In this document: positions 41,190 through 50,765 of the stretch, piece by piece
How the letters are laid out: each line of letters opens with the position of its first letter
How positions within the stretch are numbered: the first letter of the stretch is position 1
Source: a virus
Length of the DNA stretch: 63,454 bases
Virus record (IMG/VR): IMGVR_UViG_3300046517_000593
Span: 1 to 63,454 of that record
Direction: 5' to 3' (one strand)
Notes under the pieces: model-generated
Database searches by the model: none
Seen by the model: the letters and a program-made list of their open reading frames with translations, nothing else
What the model was told of the DNA's origin: nothing
Position numbers and translations under genes: made by a program

Positions 41190-41888
41190 TTACTTCTTGA
41201 GGTGTTCTGGTTGCTTCATCTGAGCCATGAGAGCTTTGCCTTCGTCGGTGGCCTCAACAGCCTTCCATGAACCAAGGTGGCCTTCGCCCGGGAACTTCTG
41301 CTTTCGCTCGTTCACAAGGTTAGTGAACTTTTTGGACGCGGCCGACGGCTCGTTCAGCCCCTTCACCTCATTACCGAGTCCCGCGCTTTTCTGAGCTGGT
41401 ATCTTCTTTTCCTTCTTATCTAATGAGGAAACTTCGGCATCAAAATCCTTGGCGTTAGCTAAAATTTGAATAGTCGGCTCCACATCCGCTCCGGTTAGCC
41501 GACCATCCAACACAGCCTGATTCACAATCAACTTAATGCGGGCCTGCCGCTCATTGGCAAACAACCCGTCAGCAGAAGTTTTGGCTGTAGTCAGTTCGGT
41601 GATTTTCACCTCGAAGCCGGTCTTCGCTTTTTCAGCATCTGATAGCTGAGTTTTCAACGTGGCATTCGCTGCCTCAAGCTCGTTGCATTTGGCCACCATC
41701 TTTTTCGAGGTATCATCGGCGGACACTGACATGGCCTTCTTGAATCGCTCGTTGACCATCGAATCGTCGGCGGTCGCCGGCAACCCAAGCAGGTCGTAAA
41801 TCATCTTTTTGAAATCGACCGCTTCGTTAGCCATCTGAATAACTGCATTGAAACCGAATAAGGCTTTAAGAATTTTTTTCATTTTCAT
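41190..41888 (-). CDS. scaffolding protein candidate
   Basis: 232 aa, helical and Lys/Ala/Glu-rich, between the protease and the capsid genes. Confidence 0.5.
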   Translation of the reverse strand: MKMKKILKALFGFNAVIQMANEAVDFKKMIYDLLGLPATADDSMVNERFKKAMSVSADDTSKKMVAKCNELEAANATLKTQLSDAEKAKTGFEVKITELTTAKTSADGLFANERQARIKLIVNQAVLDGRLTGADVEPTIQILANAKDFDAEVSSLDKKEKKIPAQKSAGLGNEVKGLNEPSAASKKFTNLVNERKQKFPGEGHLGSWKAVEATDEGKALMAQMKQPEHLKK

Positions 41889-41895
41889 TTTTGGT

Positions 41896-42960
41896 TTAAG
41901 GCAGCACTGCTGCCAACTTTTCTCCGTGTGTCTTAGGATTCCTCATCTGAGCCATCGCCAAATCCCTAGAATACGGAGAAGTCGTATTTTGAATGTCGGA
42001 CATACCTGCCTGAGCCTCAGGATGAAACTGACTGTGAGGCGAATTGAGAATGGCTTGAAAATGACCACGAGCATCAGCATAAGCTTGCTGCGCCTGTTCA
42101 GGATTAGTATTCAAATCGTAGGCGCGAGCCGTTCGAAGTGAAGCATTCCCATTATCCAATCTTTTCTGAGCATCCTCAGCCGTCATCTCTGCTGACTCTT
42201 GAGTCGGTGATTCGGTCGCCTCCTCCGCCGGGTCTTCTCCGGCTTCACTCATTACGTTTCCGAAATGACGAAGCATGGCAACGGTCAAAAACCGCTTCTC
42301 GTTCACGCTCTGGTCAGCCGCGATTTTACCGCAGATTTTCTTAGCGCTATCCTCGTCATGTCCGCCTCCGGAATCAGTCTGCATGTAAGCTACGCAGCCA
42401 TCAAAACCACCTTTGAAACTTCCATCCGAATTTTTATAATCGGACTCATTTGCCGTGGTTACTGGCGGAACTGGTATGTTTGGCTCATTCGTGAAACCGA
42501 CCGACTTGAGCTTGAACGGACGCCAAACACCTTTTGCATTCGGGTCTTCCTTCAGGAACCAGTTTACCGAATGACCATGAAAAGCTTCATCTGAAATCAG
42601 CTTCTCGCCCTCTGCCCCAAATCTCACCCCGGCCCAAAGACCATCGTTACGAGCTTCGAGCGTCTTAATGCGCCCGTAAGCTTTTCCGTCCTTGTAACGG
42701 TCGCTGAAAGCAGGGTGGTCGGGATGACCGATAAAAAATGGTAGACCAATCGTTTTGTGCGCGATGTTCGTGATAGAATTGAAGCTCTGAACAATGTTAT
42801 CAGCATCTTGTTTTTGGATCCTTTGAAGACCTTGCTGATTCGGCCAATCACCGAACGGACTGAGCATCACCCAGCGAAGCTTAGTCGCCTCGTTAGGAGC
42901 CGAAAACTCATTTACAAACAGGATTGAAGGAAACTCGATTGTGCCAATCACGACGCACAA
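41896..42960 (-). CDS. Mu gpI-like head maturation protease
   Basis: RWVMLSPFGDWPN...DADNIVQSFN...GLPFFIGHPDH...AYGRIKTLEARNDGLWAGVRF resembles Mu-like prophage I proteins. The start is uncertain (TTG at 42960 or GTG at 42951). Confidence 0.55.
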   Translation of the reverse strand: MCVVIGTIEFPSILFVNEFSAPNEATKLRWVMLSPFGDWPNQQGLQRIQKQDADNIVQSFNSITNIAHKTIGLPFFIGHPDHPAFSDRYKDGKAYGRIKTLEARNDGLWAGVRFGAEGEKLISDEAFHGHSVNWFLKEDPNAKGVWRPFKLKSVGFTNEPNIPVPPVTTANESDYKNSDGSFKGGFDGCVAYMQTDSGGGHDEDSAKKICGKIAADQSVNEKRFLTVAMLRHFGNVMSEAGEDPAEEATESPTQESAEMTAEDAQKRLDNGNASLRTARAYDLNTNPEQAQQAYADARGHFQAILNSPHSQFHPEAQAGMSDIQNTTSPYSRDLAMAQMRNPKTHGEKLAAVLP

Positions 42961-42989
42961 ATCGCACTTACAAAAGAAACTGACAAGAC

Positions 42990-43160
42990 TTACCGTGTGC
43001 GCACACCAGTTTTACGCTGCTGCTCATTGGCCGCTTCTCTAAGCTTTCGCTTGGCCCACTCGGACATATTTTCCCCACCGGCCTCGGCAATAATTCGCTT
43101 ATCAGTCGGAGTAACTCGAATGAAAATTCTCTCGCTGGCCTTTTCCGGGTTGTGGCTCAT
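42990..43160 (-). CDS. ribbon-helix-helix (MobC/CopG-like) small protein
   Basis: The ATG at 43160 overlaps the upstream TGA. IFIRVTPTDKRIIAEAGGENMSEWAKRKLREA. Confidence 0.5.
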   Translation of the reverse strand: MSHNPEKASERIFIRVTPTDKRIIAEAGGENMSEWAKRKLREAANEQQRKTGVRTR

Positions 43161-45013
43161 CTGAAATTTCCCTTCCCATTTAATCTTACTGATCCACCCC
43201 AATTATTATTTCCAATTTGAACAGTTGTTCCCTGAAGAGGATGAGGGTAGGTGTAAGGAGTATAATATAGAGTCCAAGTATTAGGAGCAGTAGCTTTATA
43301 CAACACTCCATCAGCCCCGTTTTGCTGGACTCCATAAGGATTAGATGTGCTAGTATTCCATGAACCTTGATCTGTTGCAAAATATCCTACTCCCGTCGTG
43401 CAAGTGGCAGGACGATTGGCGATGGTGCCCCATCCAGTCCCAGAGGTGCCGTCAAATGGACTCGTCGGAGATGTCTGAATCCCGCTCGCCTGCGCGTAGT
43501 AATCTCGGTCGGAAGCAATCCTGTTGGTGTCCGCATTGCTATATGCCGTTACTGTAGGCGTGGCCGTATTGTTGAACACGTAAACAGGCTCCAGCGCTTG
43601 ATTCGGCCAGGCAATCGTTCCCGTAGTGGAATTTATCTTTGTTGGATGACTCCCGGTTAACAAATCGCCGCGGCCACGCCCGGTCTGATCGATTGCCGGA
43701 TATCCGTAAGCAGTCGTATTTCCGTCCCATGCGGACCCGACAAAATAAGCGGCTCCAGTAAGGGGAGCTCCGGTATGCCCGCCATTCTGCAAGGTGATTG
43801 AAGTTGTTGAAATTACTGACGCAATCCCCGCAGTTGGACCAGGGGAGGGTTCCTGATCGAGCACCCCGACGGCGGTCATACCGACGATGTATATCATTGT
43901 CCCTGCCGGCCACAGCAAGCTGAAATCCGTGCCGCCTGTTTTGGTGACAGCGGTCGCCGTCACAGATACCGTTCCGGTCGCTACCGGCACAGGTCCAGCA
44001 TAACCCCATCCCGTTGGATTCGGGCTTTGCGGATACGTGATCGAGTTCTTGCGAACCGTGTTCAGGGTGATGAGAGATTGAATGGCTCCAGTCTCGGCGG
44101 TGTTACCCCATACCAATGAGGTCCCACCTTGGGTATCTGCCATCGCCCTGGCATTGCGTTCGGTTATTGATTCATTGGCTGCCAGTGCGTAAAGATTTCC
44201 GTAAGTTTCCGCCGCCCGTCCACCTCGGTCATTTCCGGCATGGCCGGTGGCGTGAATTTCTCCACCGGAGCAAAAATAAAGCGTATTGAATCGACAAACG
44301 GCCTTCCCTCCTCCGGTCATATCCCAGACGCGAGACGGTATATCTCCAAAGACCAAAGATGCCGATCCACCGTTGATAATGTTATCCTCCAGATAGAGGA
44401 AGTCAGACGTTCCAAATCCTGTGTCTGCCGCCCACGTCTCGTCACCGACTAAACTGGAGCCGCTCCTGTAAATATAGAGCGATGAATTTCCTGCGTGCGA
44501 CATGATGCAGTGATCCACGACGCCAGTGAGATTAAAGAAGACTGGCATGTGTGTTCCGCTCGTAAGCGCAGGACTGTAGATCTGGTTATCGAACCTGCAA
44601 TGGTCCACGCGAATTTGTCCGGTGTTGGTTGGCCCAAGAAATCGGATGACGCCTTCCTCGTCTTTGATGGCTCCATTTCCTCCGATCACGCTTATTCCAG
44701 AGAAGCGAAAAGTCCCGGAGGATGCTAATGTGATGTCGAAAATAGGGCTATTCCCTGGATTATTGTCCACGATTACCGTTTGGTCGCCGCCGCCCGTGGC
44801 CGTTGTGCCGGCTCCGATAACAGTAACATTGCTAGGAGCCGTCCATGCAATCCCGTAGGTCCAATTAGAAAGTCCTGCCGGAATGGAAAGAGTATCTCCC
44901 GCCGAAACCAGTTGCATCGCGTTGGACACCGCCACGGGTCCGGGATTGACCGCAATGATTGTTGCGGCCTTTGCAATGGAGCAAGAGAGCAGTAAAGCCA
45001 GAAACAATCTCAT
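43157..45013 (-). CDS. exported parallel beta-helix-like protein (polysaccharide lyase/hydrolase type)
   Basis: MRLFLALLLSCSIAKA-A signal peptide. Repetitive G/N/T-rich rungs. C-terminal YTPYTYPHPL. Confidence 0.6.
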   Translation of the reverse strand: MRLFLALLLSCSIAKAATIIAVNPGPVAVSNAMQLVSAGDTLSIPAGLSNWTYGIAWTAPSNVTVIGAGTTATGGGDQTVIVDNNPGNSPIFDITLASSGTFRFSGISVIGGNGAIKDEEGVIRFLGPTNTGQIRVDHCRFDNQIYSPALTSGTHMPVFFNLTGVVDHCIMSHAGNSSLYIYRSGSSLVGDETWAADTGFGTSDFLYLEDNIINGGSASLVFGDIPSRVWDMTGGGKAVCRFNTLYFCSGGEIHATGHAGNDRGGRAAETYGNLYALAANESITERNARAMADTQGGTSLVWGNTAETGAIQSLITLNTVRKNSITYPQSPNPTGWGYAGPVPVATGTVSVTATAVTKTGGTDFSLLWPAGTMIYIVGMTAVGVLDQEPSPGPTAGIASVISTTSITLQNGGHTGAPLTGAAYFVGSAWDGNTTAYGYPAIDQTGRGRGDLLTGSHPTKINSTTGTIAWPNQALEPVYVFNNTATPTVTAYSNADTNRIASDRDYYAQASGIQTSPTSPFDGTSGTGWGTIANRPATCTTGVGYFATDQGSWNTSTSNPYGVQQNGADGVLYKATAPNTWTLYYTPYTYPHPLQGTTVQIGNNNWGGSVRLNGKGNFR

Positions 45014-45813
45014 TGGGCACCCGCCGAATTGAGGGTTGAAATTTGACCGCTGGAAAGCTCGGTATTGTAGATTCGAATATCGTCAAGCTCTCCCCAGAAG
45101 GGTTGGCCAAGTCCTGCAAAAACTCCAATCCTGACCGCTTCATCGTGCAACAACGTGTTAGACAATGTTCCCGATGGGGCAACAGCGGGCGTCCCGGCAT
45201 TAACGTAAATTTTCACTCCGCTCGCAGCCGAGCTTCCACTGTAAGTGCCCGCGATGAAATACCACGTGCCCGCGATGATCGAGCCTCCTCCAGTTGCGGC
45301 GATCAATGCGTTTCCGGAAGAGTCAACGAGCGCAAATTTTAGCTGCGTGTTGTCGGTGTCGGCGGCAAAATTGTAACCCTGCACATTCCCGAAACTGTAG
45401 TTTTTTCCAAGAATGAAATGGCCACCAGAGGCTGACGCATTGACCTTGATCCAGAAAGTAATGCTAAACGTGTTCGTCCGTTCAAAGTCGAAATTACTCT
45501 CGTTGGCGACCGTGATCAGATCGTCGGTGCCGTCAAAAGTAAGGTCTCCATTGCTGTTTGGTCCAGTCCCCCACGCGGGACTCCCGGTGAGCGTTCCAGC
45601 GTTTCCATTCCCTGTGCTATCAGTCGCATTTGTTCCGCTGGCGTCGTTTAGCTTCCACCAACCGACGAGGGTTGTATCTCCAGTATTTGAAGCCGGAAAA
45701 CGCACGTCTTTGCGCCCTTGTAAGAGGACTTGCGGGAAAGCAATTCGCGGAGCCAGAACGAAAGGCACAAGCATCCCATTCCGAAGAATGAATTTGCGGC
45801 GGTTCATCACCAT
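45010..45813 (-). CDS. Tat-signal LamG-domain protein
   Basis: M(V)MNRRKFILRNGMLVPFVLAPRIAF (twin-arginine RRxFI). WWKLNDASG...DLTFDGTDD...TFWIK...WYFIAGTY...IYVNG...ELDDIRIYN. Confidence 0.65.
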   Translation of the reverse strand: MVMNRRKFILRNGMLVPFVLAPRIAFPQVLLQGRKDVRFPASNTGDTTLVGWWKLNDASGTNATDSTGNGNAGTLTGSPAWGTGPNSNGDLTFDGTDDLITVANESNFDFERTNTFSITFWIKVNASASGGHFILGKNYSFGNVQGYNFAADTDNTQLKFALVDSSGNALIAATGGGSIIAGTWYFIAGTYSGSSAASGVKIYVNAGTPAVAPSGTLSNTLLHDEAVRIGVFAGLGQPFWGELDDIRIYNTELSSGQISTLNSAGAQ

Positions 45814-47906
45814 GCGGTAGGTTCGGTGGCGCTTTCCTGATATCCCATATTGATGAGCCATAGTTCAGCCGATGAATTTAGCGTATCGGAAGCGTCTCCC
45901 GCGTCTCGATAGACTTCTATTACGGCCACGCTTCCCGCTGCGGGTGTCCCTCCAAAAGTCATCGCTCCAGTAGCTCCTGACTGTAATGGACGACTAGCAG
46001 TTTGAGCAGTATCAACTATGCTTACCGAAGTTCCCCAGGCGGTGTTTGGGTCTCCATTGTCGGGCAGGATTTTCCCATGTGCAAACCACTTCACGTCGCC
46101 GCTTCCGGTGGCGCTCCAAGTGAATTTTAATTTAACTGTTCCACCATCATAAGCTTCCGGCGTGTTGAAGATTCGCGTTATACGATTGGTCTGCGCGTCG
46201 GCGAATGAGTAAAGAGGAACGTCGAAATACCCAGTCCCCGCATAAGAGTTCGTCGCTTGAGTTGCAGAGTTCGTCCGATTGATCATCCACCCATCAGCCG
46301 GAATCGTGATGTTCCTCCAGACGCCAGTCCTGGTCCTCATAACATTTCCTGACCCGGTATAGGCTACGGAAGCGAGTGATTTATCCGCTGCTGTCACTAC
46401 TGCTTGCGAGGCTGTAAGAGCAGAGTTCGTCAAACCCGTCACTGTAAGAGTGCCGGACATTGTGTCTCCCGCCTTGAGAACGAAAGTAGAAATAGCAGTA
46501 ATGTTGGATTTCACGAAAGCCGTATTCGCGATTGTTGTGTCGCTATCTGACAGGACAACGTTCGGAGCCTGGGGGTCGCCTGTGAATGTTGGGCTAGCAA
46601 GTGGCGCCTTCAGGTTTAACGCGGAAACGAAGTTCGTAGCTCCGGCGATGAAGTTCGCTGCCGTTACAGTTCCACCCACGACAATGTTGCTCACGACCGT
46701 AAGACCGCCGACGTTCACGGAATTAGTCACGTTCAAATCGCTCATCGTATTCGTCCCAGTCCCGAGAACCGTAATGCTTCCAGCCGTCAAATTTGAAGTC
46801 ACGATCAAACTGCCTGCTGTCCCTCCATCAGCCAATAGAACTTTGCCAACGCCAGTCTCATCTGAAATCACGCCGGCAAACTGAGCGCTCGTTGTCGCTG
46901 CAAATTGACTCAATGGATTAGCTACAAGCGCATCTCCGGTTCCTGAGCCTGCATTCCCCAACTGAGAAATCATTTGCATATTCGTGCCGTCGTAAACAAC
47001 TTCTACCCACTGACCGGCTCGAATATCGTTATCCGAAAGGTCAGTTGTGATGCCTCCCACTGGCTTCTTGATAGTCTTAGCGCCGAGTGTATTGAGATTA
47101 ATGGTTGCCGCTCCCGTGTTCGCAGTGTTCGCTTTGAACCTGTAGTGAACACCTGTTACATAAGCCGTGATGGCCGGCGAAAGCGTAGCTGAATAAGTAT
47201 CGCTCCCACCAGCATCAGCAGCAAAAAACCCAGCGTCAAGAACATCAGCTTTAGTGAGCACGGTAAATAAATCCGTCGTCGCAAGCGTGCTGTTCGTAAG
47301 TAAATTGATGCTATCTGTAATCACCAACTTACTCGCTGTCGCATTCCTGAGCTTCACAAAATTTGTAATATCCAAGCTCGGACTACTCATACCGAAGAAG
47401 GATTGGATGTCTCCGTTCGTATAAACAAGCGCATCTACCGTTCCGTTATGACTCAACTCCAAAAAATCTTGAGCACCGGTTCCGCCTTGGAGCATCAATG
47501 TAGAAAAAGCAGTCGAGCTATTGTTAATCACTTTTGCCCTGCCTCCTGAATTCAATACGGCGAGAGTTACTGGACCAAGCAACGCACCGCTCGGAAAAAG
47601 AACTCCATTCGTCGGAATAACTCGATTGACAAAAATGTTCCCATCCATCGCTTCATTCGTGCCCGAAACTACATACCAAAGATTGCTAGTAGAGGAAAGC
47701 TTAAGACCAATGGCAGTCCACACTTGGGCATTCAAGTTAGTAACCTGAATCTTCACTGAATTAGTCTTTCCGCTTCCGTAATCCGTAGAGAGAAGCAGAG
47801 TATCCGTTGACTGCGCTAGATTCGTAGACACCAAATCACTCGGCCTCTGAGCAAGTGCGCCAAAAGAAATTAAACAGACTAAGACTATCCAAATTCGCGT
47901 TGTCAT
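45807..47906 (-). CDS. exported fibre-like beta protein with jelly-roll-like C-terminus
   Basis: MTTRIWIVLVCLISFGALA-QRP signal peptide. 699 aa, Thr/Ser/Gly/Asn-rich. Confidence 0.65.
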   Translation of the reverse strand: MTTRIWIVLVCLISFGALAQRPSDLVSTNLAQSTDTLLLSTDYGSGKTNSVKIQVTNLNAQVWTAIGLKLSSTSNLWYVVSGTNEAMDGNIFVNRVIPTNGVLFPSGALLGPVTLAVLNSGGRAKVINNSSTAFSTLMLQGGTGAQDFLELSHNGTVDALVYTNGDIQSFFGMSSPSLDITNFVKLRNATASKLVITDSINLLTNSTLATTDLFTVLTKADVLDAGFFAADAGGSDTYSATLSPAITAYVTGVHYRFKANTANTGAATINLNTLGAKTIKKPVGGITTDLSDNDIRAGQWVEVVYDGTNMQMISQLGNAGSGTGDALVANPLSQFAATTSAQFAGVISDETGVGKVLLADGGTAGSLIVTSNLTAGSITVLGTGTNTMSDLNVTNSVNVGGLTVVSNIVVGGTVTAANFIAGATNFVSALNLKAPLASPTFTGDPQAPNVVLSDSDTTIANTAFVKSNITAISTFVLKAGDTMSGTLTVTGLTNSALTASQAVVTAADKSLASVAYTGSGNVMRTRTGVWRNITIPADGWMINRTNSATQATNSYAGTGYFDVPLYSFADAQTNRITRIFNTPEAYDGGTVKLKFTWSATGSGDVKWFAHGKILPDNGDPNTAWGTSVSIVDTAQTASRPLQSGATGAMTFGGTPAAGSVAVIEVYRDAGDASDTLNSSAELWLINMGYQESATEPTAW

Positions 47907-48190
47907 TGAATTGGTGTGTCATTCAGCAAATCGGCTCCTGTCGCATCATTCAATAAATGTGCTCCAGTGGCATCATGCAGTAAGAAATTTGTTACGGTTA
48001 TTCCCGGAACATCGATTACCGTTCCTCCTATTTTAGTAATACCCGGTGCGCCTATTTTAAGCGTCGTGTCTGTCGTGAAAAGAATCACCTGAGCCACAAG
48101 ATTGAATGCAACCGTTGCAACTAATATGAATGCAATAATCCCTTTCAAACTATCAATAGCAACGAGCCCGAATCCAAAAATCTTTTTCAT
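47903..48190 (-). CDS. small membrane-anchored protein with a 9-aa tandem repeat
   Basis: The ATG at 48190 overlaps the upstream TGA. IIAFILVATVAFNLVAQVILF. C-terminal HDATGAHLLNDATGADLLND. Confidence 0.5.
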   Translation of the reverse strand: MKKIFGFGLVAIDSLKGIIAFILVATVAFNLVAQVILFTTDTTLKIGAPGITKIGGTVIDVPGITVTNFLLHDATGAHLLNDATGADLLNDTPIQ

Positions 48191-48555
48191 GGAATTAATT
48201 CGCACGAAACTCCATCGCTCGCCGTCTCAACATCAATCCACCAGTTTGTCGGACAAACTCCATTCTGCTGGTCGGTGATAATGATTCTCTCGCCCGGCTG
48301 AATATAAAATCCACCCGCATCATTAGTGGGATTCTGCTGCAACCATACCTTGCTCGTGTTGGTTGTCCTAGCCGATTTGTTTCCAGTAAACACAATCGTC
48401 CTGTAATGCGTATCGTTATTCGTCGAAAGCTGCTCAGGCACCGAGGAAGAGGAGACAGTTTTGATTAGCTCTGGCAATGGGAATATAGCCATTAAGTTGA
48501 ATGTCACAATCATCACAACAATGACCATCGCAAACTGACTCAAGAACTTTTTCAT
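48187..48555 (-). CDS. signal-anchored small protein
   Basis: MKKFLSQFAMVIVVMIVTFNLMAIFPL. Confidence 0.55.
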   Translation of the reverse strand: MKKFLSQFAMVIVVMIVTFNLMAIFPLPELIKTVSSSSVPEQLSTNNDTHYRTIVFTGNKSARTTNTSKVWLQQNPTNDAGGFYIQPGERIIITDQQNGVCPTNWWIDVETASDGVSCELIP

Positions 48556-48558
48556 TTA

Positions 48559-50310
48559 TCATCTTTCGACATGTCGAGCCGTATTCAGCCCGGACGTTAA
48601 CCCGTTAATTGCCATCGTCGCAATAATTTCTCTCAATGCCTGACCATTGGCTGGACTCTTATTGATGGTCTTGAGCATTGAAGGAAGCTTATCTTTCAAA
48701 TCCAAGAGCGCGGCTTGCATTTGTTCCGCGTTGCTCATCTCTGATATTGCAAGCACGCGCTCTCGCAGTGGTCGCACTGCCAGGGAAGTGTCTTTCGCGA
48801 GCCTCACCATCGCGTTCCTCAAAAATACTTTCGACTGAGCGATAGCATTCGCTGTATTGAGCGAAGCTGTAGTCGCTGAAATATCCAAAGCTCCCTTGGC
48901 TCCGAAAGTATCCTGCCCTTGTTGTCCAGTAGGAGGTGGAGTAGCCGTCGGTTCGCCTTCCTGAGCTTCAACTCGATTGTATCGCTCCAGCATATCCTCA
49001 ATTCCAAGCTTCGCACCGCATTGCAAAAGAAATTGGTCAATCTCAATCTCAAGCTGAACATCCTTCTTCTTTGGAATATTCAATTTGACGTAAGCTTTCG
49101 GAGTTGTGGAAGGTCCGAAATGCCACTTCAAAACCGGAATATCCACGTAATGATTGAGCGTTTCGGAAATGATTTGACCGTAGTGCTGTTCAATCATTTC
49201 GGCCTCTTCACCCTGCAAACTCGCTCCTCGACCACCCGAAGACCCTCCACCATGAGACGAGATGGTTGACAAGTCGGCACCTCTCGCCAGAGCGCAAATC
49301 GCTCTGTCCATGTAATCCACTAACGGCTCATACGGAAGTTGACCTGTTGAGCCAAAATCAATCTTCTCAATCTTGTCGTTCACGCTCGCGATGATTGCGC
49401 TGTTCGGACCTACATTTGAGAGCACATCCTGAAGCGCATTCCAGCCGGCTGAACCTTGAGCGTGATTCGTGAGCCCAATCGGCACCGGCATACCATTGCG
49501 CTCATTGTAAATCAACCAATCACGTATCGCGATGGTTTTATACATCCAGGCTACGGATACGGCTTCCATGATGCCCTCGCCTACTGTAACCATCCATTGC
49601 CCATCGCGAAGCGGTTCCCCATCCCATTGGTAATTACCAGCAAACCTGAGCGAACCAGTGCGATTCTCGAAGAACCAGAGCGGCACGAAAATGAATTTGG
49701 CAGTCAACAAATCGCTACCCCTTGGATCAAGAATCATCTCGTGAACCGCATACTTCTTTGGACCAGCATCCATCATTTGATGAATCAATGAATGGAATCC
49801 ACCTATCTGATTGCGGTCTACAGCGTTCGTGCACTGAAGATTCGAATAGAAATACCTGAGAGCCTCGCTGTGAGCCTGAGCTTCAGCCTGGTCAGCACCT
49901 TCTACCTCGACAATCTCATACTCCCTACGACTCACCGTCATCTTGAGCTTGCCAAGCACTGACTTGCTTACAGCATCGCGATTCTCGATTGCATCCATCG
50001 TGAGACTAAACGAACGCATCGTTCCAGTGGCCCACTCACTAAGCTGCTGAGTAAGTGACTCGGGAGTAAGGAATGAAATCGGATTAAATCGGCTCTGCTT
50101 ATACTGGTAGACAGAAAATGGAGTAATCAGCGAATCGGTCTGCGATACCTGCTGGACATCAGGCTTGCCGAGCCTAGCTGCTACCGCTTCAGGAGGAGGG
50201 CTGAACTGACCACCGATGAGGCTATTAACCGGAGTAGACGGAATCGCATTAGCGACCGCACCTCCAGACTCATTTTCATTAGCCACGTCGCAAGCTGTTA
50301 CGACAAGCAA
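48559..50310 (-). CDS. portal protein (Mu gp29 / DUF935-like)
   Basis: 583 aa, downstream of the terminase. The start is uncertain (TTG at 50310). Confidence 0.6.
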   Translation of the reverse strand: MLVVTACDVANENESGGAVANAIPSTPVNSLIGGQFSPPPEAVAARLGKPDVQQVSQTDSLITPFSVYQYKQSRFNPISFLTPESLTQQLSEWATGTMRSFSLTMDAIENRDAVSKSVLGKLKMTVSRREYEIVEVEGADQAEAQAHSEALRYFYSNLQCTNAVDRNQIGGFHSLIHQMMDAGPKKYAVHEMILDPRGSDLLTAKFIFVPLWFFENRTGSLRFAGNYQWDGEPLRDGQWMVTVGEGIMEAVSVAWMYKTIAIRDWLIYNERNGMPVPIGLTNHAQGSAGWNALQDVLSNVGPNSAIIASVNDKIEKIDFGSTGQLPYEPLVDYMDRAICALARGADLSTISSHGGGSSGGRGASLQGEEAEMIEQHYGQIISETLNHYVDIPVLKWHFGPSTTPKAYVKLNIPKKKDVQLEIEIDQFLLQCGAKLGIEDMLERYNRVEAQEGEPTATPPPTGQQGQDTFGAKGALDISATTASLNTANAIAQSKVFLRNAMVRLAKDTSLAVRPLRERVLAISEMSNAEQMQAALLDLKDKLPSMLKTINKSPANGQALREIIATMAINGLTSGLNTARHVER

Positions 50311-50331
50311 AGAAAAGAGTCAAATTAAAAC

Positions 50332-50763
50332 TTATTTTCCAGAAGACTTAATAAGTGATGATTTGCCAGTTCCGACGAATATGTAATCTGAATAATTTCC
50401 ATTCGGCTTATGACCTTTGATCACGCACTCCGTATAAGGCTTCATCTTGCCACCGATATTTATCCAGGTTCTTACCGACTGCTTTTCGAACTGTTCCCGC
50501 GAAAAATAAAAATCCCATATTGCCCGACTATCGTCTGGAATATATTCATATCCTTCGATATCAACCGAGCCGTCCGCATTCGTGATAAAGTTCCAACCAT
50601 TGTGGAATTCAAGATGAGTGATTCCGTTATTCGTCACGGTTAAGTAGATCATTTGATCCCTTTCTTTTTCAACCTTCTTAGCTTCCAGGATTCTTACGAA
50701 AACCAGAAGCGCAATAAAATACGAAGACCAAATCGAAAATAGAATCATTTTACGCTTGCTCAT
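50332..50763 (-). CDS. N-terminally anchored protein, unknown function
   Basis: Start at the ATG at 50763 (MSKRKMILFSIWSSYFIALLVFVRIL). The internal Met (MIYLTV...) sits in the conserved cassette at 50642-50663. Confidence 0.5.
   Translation of the reverse strand: MSKRKMILFSIWSSYFIALLVFVRILEAKKVEKERDQMIYLTVTNNGITHLEFHNGWNFITNADGSVDIEGYEYIPDDSRAIWDFYFSREQFEKQSVRTWINIGGKMKPYTECVIKGHKPNGNYSDYIFVGTGKSSLIKSSGK
50646..50659 (+). repeat. 14-bp palindrome variant AGATCATTTGATCC, copy 4 of 5
   Basis: One mismatch. Within cassette 50642-50663. It carries an internal in-frame ATG of 50332..50763. Confidence 0.85.
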
Positions 50764-50765
50764 TT

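Noticed and set aside
43539-44009. Nested or out-of-frame minus-strand ORFs (for example 1272..1499, 2057..2257, 3994..4227, 9072..9278, 13929..14162, 14429..14842, 15961..16161, 22933..23345, 24761..25018, 28578..28886, 34128..34980, 36320..36532, 42624..42851, 43186..44009, 44449..45200, 48195..48395, 48819..49061, 52994..53269, 55151..55612)
   Set aside because: Each is embedded in an alternative frame of a longer, motif-bearing gene on the same strand. No independent support was found.
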